Shown piece after piece: positions 1 through 9,184 of a stretch of 64,000 nt of DNA. The notes beneath the pieces were generated by a model. The model saw nothing but the letters and a program-made list of their open reading frames with translations. It was not told the origin of the DNA and made no database searches. The translations under genes were made by a program, and so were the position numbers. Numbering within the stretch: the first letter of the stretch is position 1; every line of letters begins with the position of its first letter. Origin of the DNA: an uncultured bacterium (GTDB lineage: Bacteria; Chloroflexota; Dehalococcoidia; Lucifugimonadales; UBA3495); the NCBI GenBank assembly GCA_963997925.1, contig CAXEOX010000003.1:3623-67622 (forward strand). The letters are read 5' to 3'.

Positions 1-697
1 CTCCAACCAAGGCGTCGGCCGGGTCACGGCCATGGGCCTCCCAACGCTCTCGGTAGTAACGGACCAGTGCAGCGTAAGGTTCGATGGGATTGGTGACGTT
101 GGCCGAGAATAGCGGGTCGCCCCACTTGGCGGCTAACTCCACCGAAGCCTCGCTGGTGGCACTGCCGTGCCAGATGCGGATCGGTTGCTGCAATGGCCGA
201 GGCCAGGTTTCTGCTTCGTTCAGAGACGGGCGGAACTGGCCGGACCAGGTCACTTTTTCTTCCCGCCACAACCGCCGGAATAACTCGTATCCCTCCCGGT
301 TGCGCTCCCATTGGTCCTCATTAGTCACATGGAATAGCTGGGCTTGGGCGGTGCCGTTCCCCTTTCCAATCATGAGATCCAGCCGCCCACCACTGAGGTG
401 GTCCAGCGTTGCGTAGTCTTCGAACGCTCGCACCGGATCGAGCAAGCTCAATGTGGTCACTGCGGTAAACAACCTGATGGTCGAAGTCTGTGCGGCGATG
501 TGGCTCAAGACGACGGGCGGCGATGAAGAAAGGAAAGGCCGCTCGTGGCGCTCCCCAACGCAGTACCCATCGAATCCTAGCTCTTCAGCGAGGACTGCGT
601 TGTTCACCACCGAGCGCAATCGTTCTGTGATGGAGGGCTGGATCCCGGTGACCGGGTCCGGTCCGTAGGGGATGAGAGTCATAGCCAGAAACTTCAT
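1..697 (-). CDS. LLM-class (luciferase-like) flavin/F420-dependent oxidoreductase, C-terminus lies beyond the left window edge
   Basis: Absent from the ORF track because it runs off the edge. My own minus-strand translation from ATG 697-695 gives MKFLAMTLIPYGPDPVTG..AEELGFDGYCVGERHERPFLSSSPPVVLSHIAAQTSTIRLFTAVTTLSLLDPVRAFEDYATLDHLSGGRLDLMIGKGNG.., a standard LLM N-terminal half. GGAGG lies 6 nt upstream of the ATG. Confidence 0.8.
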   Translation of the reverse strand, partial: MKFLAMTLIPYGPDPVTGIQPSITERLRSVVNNAVLAEELGFDGYCVGERHERPFLSSSPPVVLSHIAAQTSTIRLFTAVTTLSLLDPVRAFEDYATLDHLSGGRLDLMIGKGNGTAQAQLFHVTNEDQWERNREGYELFRRLWREEKVTWSGQFRPSLNEAETWPRPLQQPIRIWHGSATSEASVELAAKWGDPLFSANVTNPIEPYAALVRYYRERWEAHGRDPADALVG

Positions 698-834
698 AAG
701 GAGCCTCCACTAGATCCTGTAGGAGTCTGATTATACTCAACGCCGAGGCTTGGAGGGCCGGGCAATCGACCCGGCCCCAATCTCTTGACGCTTTCAACGT
801 TTAAGCAAACTACGATGGCTAAGTAACCCGTTGA

Positions 835-2667
835 CTAGGCCGAGATGGCGACACCCGGCAATCGACACTTCTCCCACAGCCACTGCCGGTCTTCGTCGTC
901 CAGCATCGGGCTGATGGTGTTCCAAACTTCCTGGTGGTAGTCACCTAGCCAGGATGTCTCGGCGATCGACATCTGATCCCAGTCGATCAGGGAGATGTCG
1001 AAGGGGATAAGAGTCAAGGTGTCCAGGCGCAGCCAACGCTTGCCGTCTGGATGAGCCGGCAATTCATCGTCGGTGGTCACTACATAGAGGTTCTCAAGGC
1101 GCACTCCGCCCCAGCCCGCTTCGTAGTATCCCGGTTCATTGGAGACAATCATTCCCACTCTCATTGGTTCATCGACACCCCGGGGAGCGATGCGCTGTGG
1201 CCCCTCATGGACGTTGAGGAACGCGCCAACTCCATGACCGGTGCCGTGGCCGTAGTCCAATCCAGAGTTCCAAAGGTGGGTCCTCGCCAGTGCATCCAGA
1301 GCGATGCCACCGGTGCCTTCAGGAAATTTCTGCATGGCCAGGTTGATGTGGCCGCGTAAGACTTTCGTATAGACCTGCTTCTGCCGCTCGGTCGGAGTGC
1401 CTACGATAACCGTGCGGGTATCGTCCGTGGTGCCGCCTAGCATCTGAACGCCAGAGTCCACTAAGAACATCTCTCCGTCCCGCAGCAGTGTATCCGGGTC
1501 GGCATCGGCATAGTGGACGATAGCCCCATTAGCGCCGGCCGCTGCGATGGTTGTGAAACTTAGGTCGTAGAACCCGTCCTCGCTGGAGTACTCCTTATGG
1601 AGCAGATCACTGTAGTCAAGTTCACTTACCGTCTGCCCGGAGTTGATTCTGTCTTCCAAGCCCTTGAAGCTGCGAATCTTGGCGGCGGCAGCGTGGCGGT
1701 GAGAATCCCGGCTGGCGGCAATCTCGGAATCGTTCTTGATGGCCTTGAGCATCACGATTGGATTGGGCTTTTCATGTACTTTTTGCTCTTCGCTAATCAG
1801 CAAGCGAGTAGCCATGGTCGTTCCGCTGGGGTCGAGCCACACTACGCCTGATGCTTGGCCGCCGGCTAGTTGCATAGATTCTACATATGCCTCATAGGGC
1901 CAAAAGTCGACCAGTGAACCTAGTGCGTTCTGGACATCCGCAGGGGGCATATTACGCACGAAGCAGGTTGCCTGTTCCATGTCCATCACCATATAGGATT
2001 CGAACACTGGGTTAAACGCGATGTCGGTGCCCCGCAGGTTGGTTACCCAGGCAATCTCGTCCAACTTGGTCAGGACCAAGAGGTCTGCGCCCGCATCCGC
2101 CATCTCCTTGCGCACGTTTGAAAGCTTTTCAGCCACGCCGCTGCCGGTGACACTCTCCGGAAGGGAGTAGATAGGATCCGCTGGAGGAGCCGGTTGATTT
2201 TCCCAAACGGCGTCAACCAGATTGTCATCGATGGGGACCATTTTGGAATCGGGCGAATGAAGCGCTCCCGAATATGCGGCATGGGCCTGCATCGACACAA
2301 CGAACGGGTCGAAGCCCACGCGGATGCTGCCCCGCTCTTTCTCCATCTCGGTGAGCCATTGGCTCAGGGTATGCTCTCCACTCAAGCCAAGCTTGTGGAT
2401 ACGAAAGTCGGATAGATCCACCTCTTCATCGGCCTGCAGGTAGTACCGGGAATCCACGAATAAATGGTTGCCTTCAGGGCAGATTATCGCATCCCCGGCA
2501 GAACCTCTGAATCCGGTGATGGCCGTCCTTCGACGGCTATATTCCGGGGTGTATTCGTTCAGATGGTTGTCGGAGGAGAGCACCAGATACGCATCCACCT
2601 GGGACTCTTTCATCCGCTGGTATAGCCCCTCTAGCCGGCCGGAGAGCCCTTCCTGATTATCAGCCAT
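835..2667 (-). CDS. Xaa-Pro aminopeptidase (M24B family, long multi-domain form)
   Basis: ORF 835..2685. M24 catalytic/metal motifs HGTGHGVGAFLNVHEGP and SNEPGYY, with creatinase-like N-terminal domains. ATG 2667 (MADNQEG) is preferred over the upstream TTG. Confidence 0.85.
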   Translation of the reverse strand: MADNQEGLSGRLEGLYQRMKESQVDAYLVLSSDNHLNEYTPEYSRRRTAITGFRGSAGDAIICPEGNHLFVDSRYYLQADEEVDLSDFRIHKLGLSGEHTLSQWLTEMEKERGSIRVGFDPFVVSMQAHAAYSGALHSPDSKMVPIDDNLVDAVWENQPAPPADPIYSLPESVTGSGVAEKLSNVRKEMADAGADLLVLTKLDEIAWVTNLRGTDIAFNPVFESYMVMDMEQATCFVRNMPPADVQNALGSLVDFWPYEAYVESMQLAGGQASGVVWLDPSGTTMATRLLISEEQKVHEKPNPIVMLKAIKNDSEIAASRDSHRHAAAAKIRSFKGLEDRINSGQTVSELDYSDLLHKEYSSEDGFYDLSFTTIAAAGANGAIVHYADADPDTLLRDGEMFLVDSGVQMLGGTTDDTRTVIVGTPTERQKQVYTKVLRGHINLAMQKFPEGTGGIALDALARTHLWNSGLDYGHGTGHGVGAFLNVHEGPQRIAPRGVDEPMRVGMIVSNEPGYYEAGWGGVRLENLYVVTTDDELPAHPDGKRWLRLDTLTLIPFDISLIDWDQMSIAETSWLGDYHQEVWNTISPMLDDEDRQWLWEKCRLPGVAISA

Positions 2668-2801
2668 CGTAGTCGCAACTCCCAATGAAGATTGCCGGAT
2701 ATCCTACGCATTCTACCCCGCTACTTGTTGGCGAAGGTAGCCCTACGTTGTCGTTAGAAATACACTTTATAAGGATCACCCTGTCGTGAAGCTTTCCAAA
2801 C

Positions 2802-3680
2802 CTATGAGGCCTGATTGTCGTCCAAGAATTCCAGAATAACTTGGGCCAACTCCTCAGGTTTATGGTAGCCGATGTCGTGCACCGTCTCAGGTATCCAGCG
2901 AACCCGGCTGTTCTTGATCGATTGTTCGGCGTCGGCGACTCTTTCTTGCTTTACCAAGGCCCGCTCGCTGCCAGCGCTTTGGGGAGCCGGTCCGGCTGGG
3001 ATGATTACCGTTGGACAAAGGACATTGGGGTACGCCTCCGATGCCGGTTCATCCCACATGGCGTGCATCACTTGGATGTGATTCTCCGGGCGCAAGATGT
3101 CCTGCATCGCCCCGTCGCCATCTTCGTACACCATGGTCTGTACGATTCGCTCAACCTGGTCGCTCCAGCAGAAGGACAACTGGTTCCGCAAACGGTCCAG
3201 AAACTCTTCCCTTGTCCCGGATATATTCCGAGGCCGCGACCTGGCTTTGACGTCTTCCCAGTTCTCTTTGACACCCGAAACGCGAGAGGTGCCGCCGTCG
3301 ATGAGTCCCAACGCCGTCACTCGGTCTTGAGCGCGCGCGGCGACATTCAACGCTACGGTGGCTCCCCAGGAATGTCCGAACACCGCCGCTTTGGGGATGT
3401 TCAACAGATCCATCAAGCCCACGACGTCCTGGGTCAAGGTCCCCCAATCGTAACCGTCTGGCGCCTGAGTGGTCTGACCGTGGCCGCGTTGGTCCGGGGA
3501 GATGATGCGGTAATGATTCCTAAGATGGGGAGAGACTAGATCGTACCAGTTGGCCGAGGAAGCCAGGCCGTGCAGCAGTACCGCAGGTTTACCCTGACCG
3601 CCCCAGTCCAGATATCGGACTCGCAGGTCTCCAATATCGGCCCAACATTCTGATGGTTCCGAGCCGTTGAGGCTGTTCAA
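2802..3680 (-). CDS. alpha/beta-fold hydrolase
   Basis: HG oxyanion motif (VLLHGLASS) and nucleophile elbow GHSWGA. The TTG start is preceded by AAGGAG. Confidence 0.8.
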   Translation of the reverse strand: MNSLNGSEPSECWADIGDLRVRYLDWGGQGKPAVLLHGLASSANWYDLVSPHLRNHYRIISPDQRGHGQTTQAPDGYDWGTLTQDVVGLMDLLNIPKAAVFGHSWGATVALNVAARAQDRVTALGLIDGGTSRVSGVKENWEDVKARSRPRNISGTREEFLDRLRNQLSFCWSDQVERIVQTMVYEDGDGAMQDILRPENHIQVMHAMWDEPASEAYPNVLCPTVIIPAGPAPQSAGSERALVKQERVADAEQSIKNSRVRWIPETVHDIGYHKPEELAQVILEFLDDNQAS

Positions 3681-3716
3681 TATAAGCTCCTTCTAAGAGG
3701 CGTAACTCGGATATGA

Positions 3717-4595
3717 CTAACGTTGGCGGACGTACTTGTCGACGCTTTGGTCTATCGTCAGACCCAGATAAATATCACCGTGGGCATCCACTTCAAGGCC
3801 GTGGGCGTGGCGAATGGGCCAGCGCTCTAACACGTTGCCGTCACCGTCCCAGATGCTTACGTGGTCGTCGCCGGACTCGTCGGCCTGCTCTGCTATATAG
3901 AATATCCCTTCACTATCGCGGACTATGTTGTCGGGACCACCCATGCCGGTCCACATGGTGATGAATTCTCCTTCCGGAGAGAAAATCTGGACCCGGCGAT
4001 TGGTCCTGTCGCAAACGTACACCTTGCCCTCTGGGTCCACCAAAAGACTGTGTACCAAGTGGAATTCCCCAGGCGCTTCCTTGCCGGGTTGTCCCCACGA
4101 ATTTATGAGAGTGCCATCTTTGCTGAACCGGTGCACCCGGGCGTTCCGGTAGCCATCGGAAACATAGAGGTCGCCGGATGGGCTGGTAGACAACTCGGTG
4201 CAATAGTTGAAGGGACCGGCGGCCCGGGGACACAGGTCGCCAGGTTTCTCGCATCCGGTATCGGAGAAAACGCCTCTTTCTCCAATCACCTGAAGAGGCT
4301 TTCCGTCCAGGGTGAATCGAAGTGCCACATGGTCCGATCGATCGGTAACATAGACTATGTCGCCAACGATGTTGATGCCGTGGGGGTCGGTGATTGCTCC
4401 CATTCCCCAGGAATTCAGGAAGTTGCCGTCACGGTCAAAAACCATTACCGGCGGGTCCTTGCGTTGGAAGACGTAGACTCTGTCTTGCGAATCAGTGGCC
4501 GCTGAGCTAACCGTTCCCAGCTTTTCTCCCGCGGGTAGTTTTGGCCAATCTTGAACCAGCTCATATTTGAAATTTCCAGAACCGACTGTCGTCAT
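3717..4595 (-). CDS. NHL-repeat six-bladed beta-propeller, peptidyl-alpha-hydroxyglycine amidating lyase (PAL)-like
   Basis: Repeated blades of the form D..G.(I/V)YV.D..N.R(V/I)..F. N-terminus (FKYELVQDWPKLP..DRVYVFQRKDPPVMVFD) is clearly paralogous to 24639..25481. Confidence 0.7.
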   Translation of the reverse strand: MTTVGSGNFKYELVQDWPKLPAGEKLGTVSSAATDSQDRVYVFQRKDPPVMVFDRDGNFLNSWGMGAITDPHGINIVGDIVYVTDRSDHVALRFTLDGKPLQVIGERGVFSDTGCEKPGDLCPRAAGPFNYCTELSTSPSGDLYVSDGYRNARVHRFSKDGTLINSWGQPGKEAPGEFHLVHSLLVDPEGKVYVCDRTNRRVQIFSPEGEFITMWTGMGGPDNIVRDSEGIFYIAEQADESGDDHVSIWDGDGNVLERWPIRHAHGLEVDAHGDIYLGLTIDQSVDKYVRQR

Positions 4596-4661
4596 TTTTT
4601 AACTTCCCCTTTTCTGTGTATCGATGATGTGATGGCTGTAACCGCTCCAAGACCGGAATGA

Positions 4662-5696
4662 TTATCGCATACCTACGACTCGTACGCGGTGGTTGATGCC
4701 GTCGGCTATGTACAGGTTACCCTGCCGGTCGATCCCACAACCGTGAGGGCGCTCCAACCCGGCGTTGGTAGCTTCGCCACCGTCGCCGTCGCCGCCTTGG
4801 TGGCCCCCGGCTATGGTGGTTACGATGCCGGTGGTAACGTCTATCTTGCGGACGGCGTTATTCTCGGTGTCGACCACGATAACGTTGTCTTGATTGTCGC
4901 AGCGGATGGCTTTGGGCGCGCCCCACAAGGCGGTCAACGCCGAACCGCCATCCCCGCTGTAGCCCCGTTCTCCGGTGCCAGCGAAGGTAGACATAATACC
5001 GTTGGCGTCCACCTTACGAACGCCGTTGCCCTCCCGTTCGGCGATGTAGGTGTTGCCCTTGCTGTCCATGCAGACCGCCCTAGGGCCCATGACAGACGCC
5101 TCATTCGCGGGTTTGCCATCCCCTTCCCGCCGCTTCTCACCGTCTCCGGCAAAAGTGGTGATGATTCCAGTAGTTAGATCCAGTCGCCGCACCCTTTGAT
5201 CTTGAATATCGGCGATGAGAAGCCCGCCTTTGCCGTCCAGCCAGCAGTCGTTAGGTTCCCTCATTTGGGCTAGAGGGCCGGGGCCACCGTCGCCGCCGTA
5301 TCCGGCTTCACCGGTGCCAGCAACCGTGGTGATTATGCCCGTAGCGGCGTCTACTTTACGAACGGCACAGTTGAACCGGTCGACGATGTAGATGTCGCCG
5401 TTGGTATCTACGGTGAGCGAATAGATATTGTCCATCGTAGCCTGTGTTGCCGGGCCGCCGTCACCGGAGTACCCCGCTTCACCGGTCCCCGCCACCGTGG
5501 TGATAACCCATGATGTTCTATCGATGCGCCGGATGGTGTGGTTACGTCCGTCGCAGATATATAGGTTGTCATCGGTGTCGAAGGAACAACCATATGATTC
5601 GCCAATCATCGCTTGAGTAGCGGGACCGCCGTCGCCGGCATAACCCTCTTCCCCGGTGCCAACGACAGTTAGTATCTTCCCAATCTCAAATTCCAT
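4662..5696 (-). CDS. NHL-type six-bladed beta-propeller protein
   Basis: Six tandem ~57-aa blades, each opening T(V/F/I)AG(T/D)GE.GY.GDGGPA..A and closing ..N..(V/I)R(K/R)(V/I)D..TG(I)(I/V)T. No signal peptide. ATG 5696 or TTG 5702 as start. Confidence 0.75.
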   Translation of the reverse strand: MEFEIGKILTVVGTGEEGYAGDGGPATQAMIGESYGCSFDTDDNLYICDGRNHTIRRIDRTSWVITTVAGTGEAGYSGDGGPATQATMDNIYSLTVDTNGDIYIVDRFNCAVRKVDAATGIITTVAGTGEAGYGGDGGPGPLAQMREPNDCWLDGKGGLLIADIQDQRVRRLDLTTGIITTFAGDGEKRREGDGKPANEASVMGPRAVCMDSKGNTYIAEREGNGVRKVDANGIMSTFAGTGERGYSGDGGSALTALWGAPKAIRCDNQDNVIVVDTENNAVRKIDVTTGIVTTIAGGHQGGDGDGGEATNAGLERPHGCGIDRQGNLYIADGINHRVRVVGMR

Positions 5697-5939
5697 GCCC
5701 AACCTCTACCTCAAACGGATTTTTGCGATCAAGATGATCACCGGACAACGCGGCAAGTTTGGATGTACTGGGACTCTAACCTTACCTAGGCCATGGGGTC
5801 AATCCTTTGTGCCTTCGTTGGATCGCCTACTCACCGGCATTCCCGGCCCAAGCGTGGCTGTTGACCCTGCATTGATGCGGTTATATAGTTTGACCTGTCC
5901 AAGAAATACGCATCCCAGCCGATCACAAGGAGGCCCAGT

Positions 5940-6665
5940 TTGCCGAATAATGATTCCTTGAAGCAGCGTATCCACGCCGGAGAGATTGTGGTGGGCGTTT
6001 CGGCGCCACTGGATTCCGACAAGTCACGGTTGGAGTCTATCCTAAGCAAAGACACCTACAGCTTCCTGACCATAGATAGCCAACACAGTCCTTATAACGA
6101 GGAAAAACTGGTTACTTTCTGCGCCACGGCCCAAGAACTAGGTATGCCGGTTCAGTTCCGGATCAAGAACACCCGCCATGCGTATCTTATCGGTAACGTT
6201 CTCGACCTGGGACCGGCGGCGATAGAAGTCCCCTTGGTGGAAGACGAAGCGGTGGTGGACGAAGCCTTGGACGCCTTTTATTACCCGCAAGTGGGACACC
6301 GGAGTTGGGGTGGAACCGCTCGGCACGGGATCGATGGCCGGGAGAACAGGCTGGAGTACGCCAAGTGGTGGAACGAGCACGGGGTTCTATGTCTTCAGAT
6401 GGAGACCCTCGCCGCCGTAACGAACGCTCGGGCGCTGGCCAAACCTGGAATCGATTGCCTGACCTGGGGACCGGCCGATCTAAGTTTCGACATGGAAGCT
6501 CATCCTCAGCATCCGTTCCAAACCGTTGATGACTGCCTACGCCACGTGCTCCAACAATTGGAGGGCACCAGCGTTCAGATCAGCTTCCGTAACGGCACCC
6601 CGGACGAACGGGATAAGTACATCGACATGGGAATAACAGTGTTCATGGAGAGACCCCAGGCTTAA
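5940..6665 (+). CDS. HpcH/HpaI-family class II aldolase
   Basis: IDSQHSPYN, EVPLVEDEAVVDEALDAFYYPQVGHRSWGG, LQMETLAAV and WGPADLSFDM align with the HpaI motifs IDGEHAPNN / LVPMV..A.EA..AV.ATRYPP.G.RG / VQIET / IGPADLSADM (from memory). TTG start follows AAGGAGG. Confidence 0.8.
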   Translation: MPNNDSLKQRIHAGEIVVGVSAPLDSDKSRLESILSKDTYSFLTIDSQHSPYNEEKLVTFCATAQELGMPVQFRIKNTRHAYLIGNVLDLGPAAIEVPLVEDEAVVDEALDAFYYPQVGHRSWGGTARHGIDGRENRLEYAKWWNEHGVLCLQMETLAAVTNARALAKPGIDCLTWGPADLSFDMEAHPQHPFQTVDDCLRHVLQQLEGTSVQISFRNGTPDERDKYIDMGITVFMERPQA

Positions 6666-6732
6666 GCGGTCTTAAAGTCTTGAAAACCTCGGTTGGACTG
6701 CTATTTCTGTCTGCCCACCGGAGGCGTACATA

Positions 6733-7797
6733 GTGAACAGAAACTTAACCGGCAAGATCCAAACTGTGTTGGGACCTATCGAGCCGGAACTGCTGGGAGT
6801 GACGTTAACTCACGAACACTTGCTGGTAGACCTAAACGTCGCCCATGGCCACCCGGACACCGCCAGTGCTATCGAGTTCTACCAGAAACCAGTCTCGATG
6901 GAGACGGTTGGTCGAATCAGACATCACGGCGCCTCAAACCAAGACAACGCCCAACTGTTCGATGTCCCGACGGCGATAGATGAGGTGATGCTGTACAAAC
7001 AGAACGGCGGCATCTCCCTGGTGGACGCCACCAGCATCGGCATCGCCCGTGACCATTTGGGACTCTCTCGTATCTCTCAGGCTACCGGAGTGAACATCAT
7101 CATGGGCGCCTCATACTACGTCGCCGATTCCCACCCGACCGACATGGACACATGGACCGAGGAAGACATAACCGCCCAGATTCTGCTGGATGTAACGGAA
7201 GGGGTTGACGGCACAGACATCCGTTCCGGGGTCATTGGAGAGATTGGCTGTTCCTGGCCTTTGGCAAACAATGAGCGAAAAGTTTTGAGAGCGTCGGCGC
7301 AAGCGCAGAGGATGACCGGCGCCCCATTATTGATACACCCTGGTAGAGACGAAATGTCTCCTCTGGAGATAATCGAGGTTCTCTCCGAAGCCGGAGCCGA
7401 CCTGAGCCGCACCATCATGGGACATCTGGACCGCACGGTGTTCAGACGTGAAACATTGACGGAAATCGCCCAGTCGGGCTGCTACATGGAATGGGATCTC
7501 TTCGGAACTGAGAACTCTTACTACGCTCTAAACCCGAACATAGATATGCCAAGCGACGCAAAACGCATGGACGACATAGCCAGGATCTCTTCAGAAGGGT
7601 ATGGCCGGAAGGTTGTAGTGGCTCACGATATCTGCGCGAAACACCGTCTAGAGAAATACGGTGGGCATGGCTACTACTACATCTTGAATCACATAGTGCC
7701 GAGAATGCGGGCTCGGGGATTCCCAAACGAATCGATAGACGATATTTTGGTCCACAATCCCAGGGAAGTCTTGACCTTCGCCGAGCCAGCAATCTAG
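6733..7797 (+). CDS. phosphotriesterase-family (PTE/PHP-like) amidohydrolase-superfamily hydrolase
   Basis: N-terminal GVTLTHEHLLVDL (HxH metal motif of the PTE family). Length ~350 aa. GTG start follows GGAGG. Confidence 0.75.
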   Translation: MNRNLTGKIQTVLGPIEPELLGVTLTHEHLLVDLNVAHGHPDTASAIEFYQKPVSMETVGRIRHHGASNQDNAQLFDVPTAIDEVMLYKQNGGISLVDATSIGIARDHLGLSRISQATGVNIIMGASYYVADSHPTDMDTWTEEDITAQILLDVTEGVDGTDIRSGVIGEIGCSWPLANNERKVLRASAQAQRMTGAPLLIHPGRDEMSPLEIIEVLSEAGADLSRTIMGHLDRTVFRRETLTEIAQSGCYMEWDLFGTENSYYALNPNIDMPSDAKRMDDIARISSEGYGRKVVVAHDICAKHRLEKYGGHGYYYILNHIVPRMRARGFPNESIDDILVHNPREVLTFAEPAI

Positions 7798-7814
7798 TGG
7801 AGTTGTCGAATCAA

Positions 7815-8051
7815 CTAACACTCATTCAAGATCTGGGGAACGGGGTTGTCGCCCCGCTTTTCTAATCTCGTGAGCAGGCGCCCGGGCCGGCGTGATAAGA
7901 ACGCTGCCGATGCCAATTGCTCTGCTCCAACCTCCCAATATTCGCTACTAGAATCCTCTGGCTTAACACGCCCATCCCCGCGCTCCATCAGGTAAGTTAA
8001 TGTGTCCAGGTCTTCAAGTATTCTCCTAGCAGTAGGCGTCCGTAATCTCAT
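7815..8051 (-). CDS. hypothetical small protein (78 aa)
   Basis: ATG preceded by AGGAG at 6-nt spacing. No recognisable domain. Confidence 0.35.
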   Translation of the reverse strand: MRLRTPTARRILEDLDTLTYLMERGDGRVKPEDSSSEYWEVGAEQLASAAFLSRRPGRLLTRLEKRGDNPVPQILNEC

Positions 8052-8268
8052 CTATTGCTCCTGCACAACCCTGGGTCCGCATCTTCCGGCCCATGAAGAC
8101 CCGTTTCTGCCTTAAACACCATACCCCTTCCTCCCCACTAAGTTCACCAGATCAATACTTGATTCCTTCTTGATTGTAATACGCCGGAGGGATGGTTAGT
8201 TGCCGGGCTACCGATGAAGTTGGAAATAGACCGAGGGTCTACCGGCTACTTGAGCTACCCTGACGTCC

Positions 8269-9039
8269 CTACTGTTTCCCTTCCGGCTCTAGGCTCTTCA
8301 TCTGCTCGTTGAACAGATCTATAGCCTTCTGTTCGGGTACTCCCATGTAATAACGAAGACTTTGGATGTGCTCCAGAACATCTTTGGGTAGCATCAACAG
8401 GTCGTCACGAGGACCGGACATACGGTATAGATTATCCAGCCAGTCCTCCTGGCCGACGTACAGGGAGTCCTCTAATATAACCGCGTCCCGTCGTCCCATG
8501 TCCGAACGCACCATCCAACGGTAATAGATGAAGGGTAATCCGGTCCATTCGCGCCACTCTTCCCCCAGGTCGTATTTGTGAGGAAAGCCCCTCACGCCTC
8601 GGCGGCGGCGTAGCGCTTGGTTGTCCACTAAGAGCAGGGCGTCATGGGAATCCCCGGCGTCCTCGGAGTCCGCGAAGGTTACGCCATCAACCTGATGCTT
8701 GAGGGTTAACAAGATGCGCAACATACTTTTCAATGGGGAGGCCGCTTCAGGGATGACGATGCTCAAGCCCTTCAACTCATTGATGGGCACTTTGGTGTGG
8801 AGAACACTGGCGCCTGTCGGGCTGACCAACGCGACGCAGAAGCCGGAAAGTGGTTGGAACCCCTCTTCCAAGCGAGCGCAGTCGGCCAAGGGAACCGGCC
8901 CGGAATCTATCTCACCGCTGAGCAGAGCCGAAGCAATCAGGTTGGGCGCCATGTTGCGCGTCTCGATGCCCCGGCGTTCCATGTCGTAATAGAAAGGTTC
9001 GCATCCTAGATAGGGGATGCGGGCAACCGTGATGGCCAT
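8269..9039 (-). CDS. MqnA/MqnD-like (futalosine-pathway family, periplasmic-binding-protein fold) protein
   Basis: N-terminus ARIPYLGCEPFYYDM resembles the MqnA G.I.YLN..P signature. Size ~256 aa. Family-level call only. Confidence 0.5.
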   Translation of the reverse strand: MAITVARIPYLGCEPFYYDMERRGIETRNMAPNLIASALLSGEIDSGPVPLADCARLEEGFQPLSGFCVALVSPTGASVLHTKVPINELKGLSIVIPEAASPLKSMLRILLTLKHQVDGVTFADSEDAGDSHDALLLVDNQALRRRRGVRGFPHKYDLGEEWREWTGLPFIYYRWMVRSDMGRRDAVILEDSLYVGQEDWLDNLYRMSGPRDDLLMLPKDVLEHIQSLRYYMGVPEQKAIDLFNEQMKSLEPEGKQ

Positions 9040-9108
9040 AAGCTATCGGTCCTTAAATGCGATTGACACCAGAGTCACCTAACCGAGACCAGTTTACATC
9101 AGACACAA

Positions 9109-9149
9109 GAAGGCCCACCAGCAATTGTTTGAGCCGCCGGTGGGCCTTC
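9109..9149 (-). terminator. stem-loop closing the DUF1800-DUF1501-NHL operon
   Basis: Perfect 11-bp stem GAAGGCCCACC (9109-9119) / GGTGGGCCTTC (9139-9149), 36 nt after the NHL stop. On the minus strand it is followed by TTGTGTCTG. Confidence 0.55.
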
Positions 9150-9184
9150 CAGAACTCTTAGTGACCTTGTTTACCTACGATCGT

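Noticed and set aside
4662-5702. Regular ~170-nt DNA periodicity that could be mistaken for a tandem repeat or CRISPR-like array
   Set aside because: The periodicity is the six protein blades of an NHL propeller within one continuous ORF. There are no identical direct repeats with unique spacers and no cas genes anywhere in the window.
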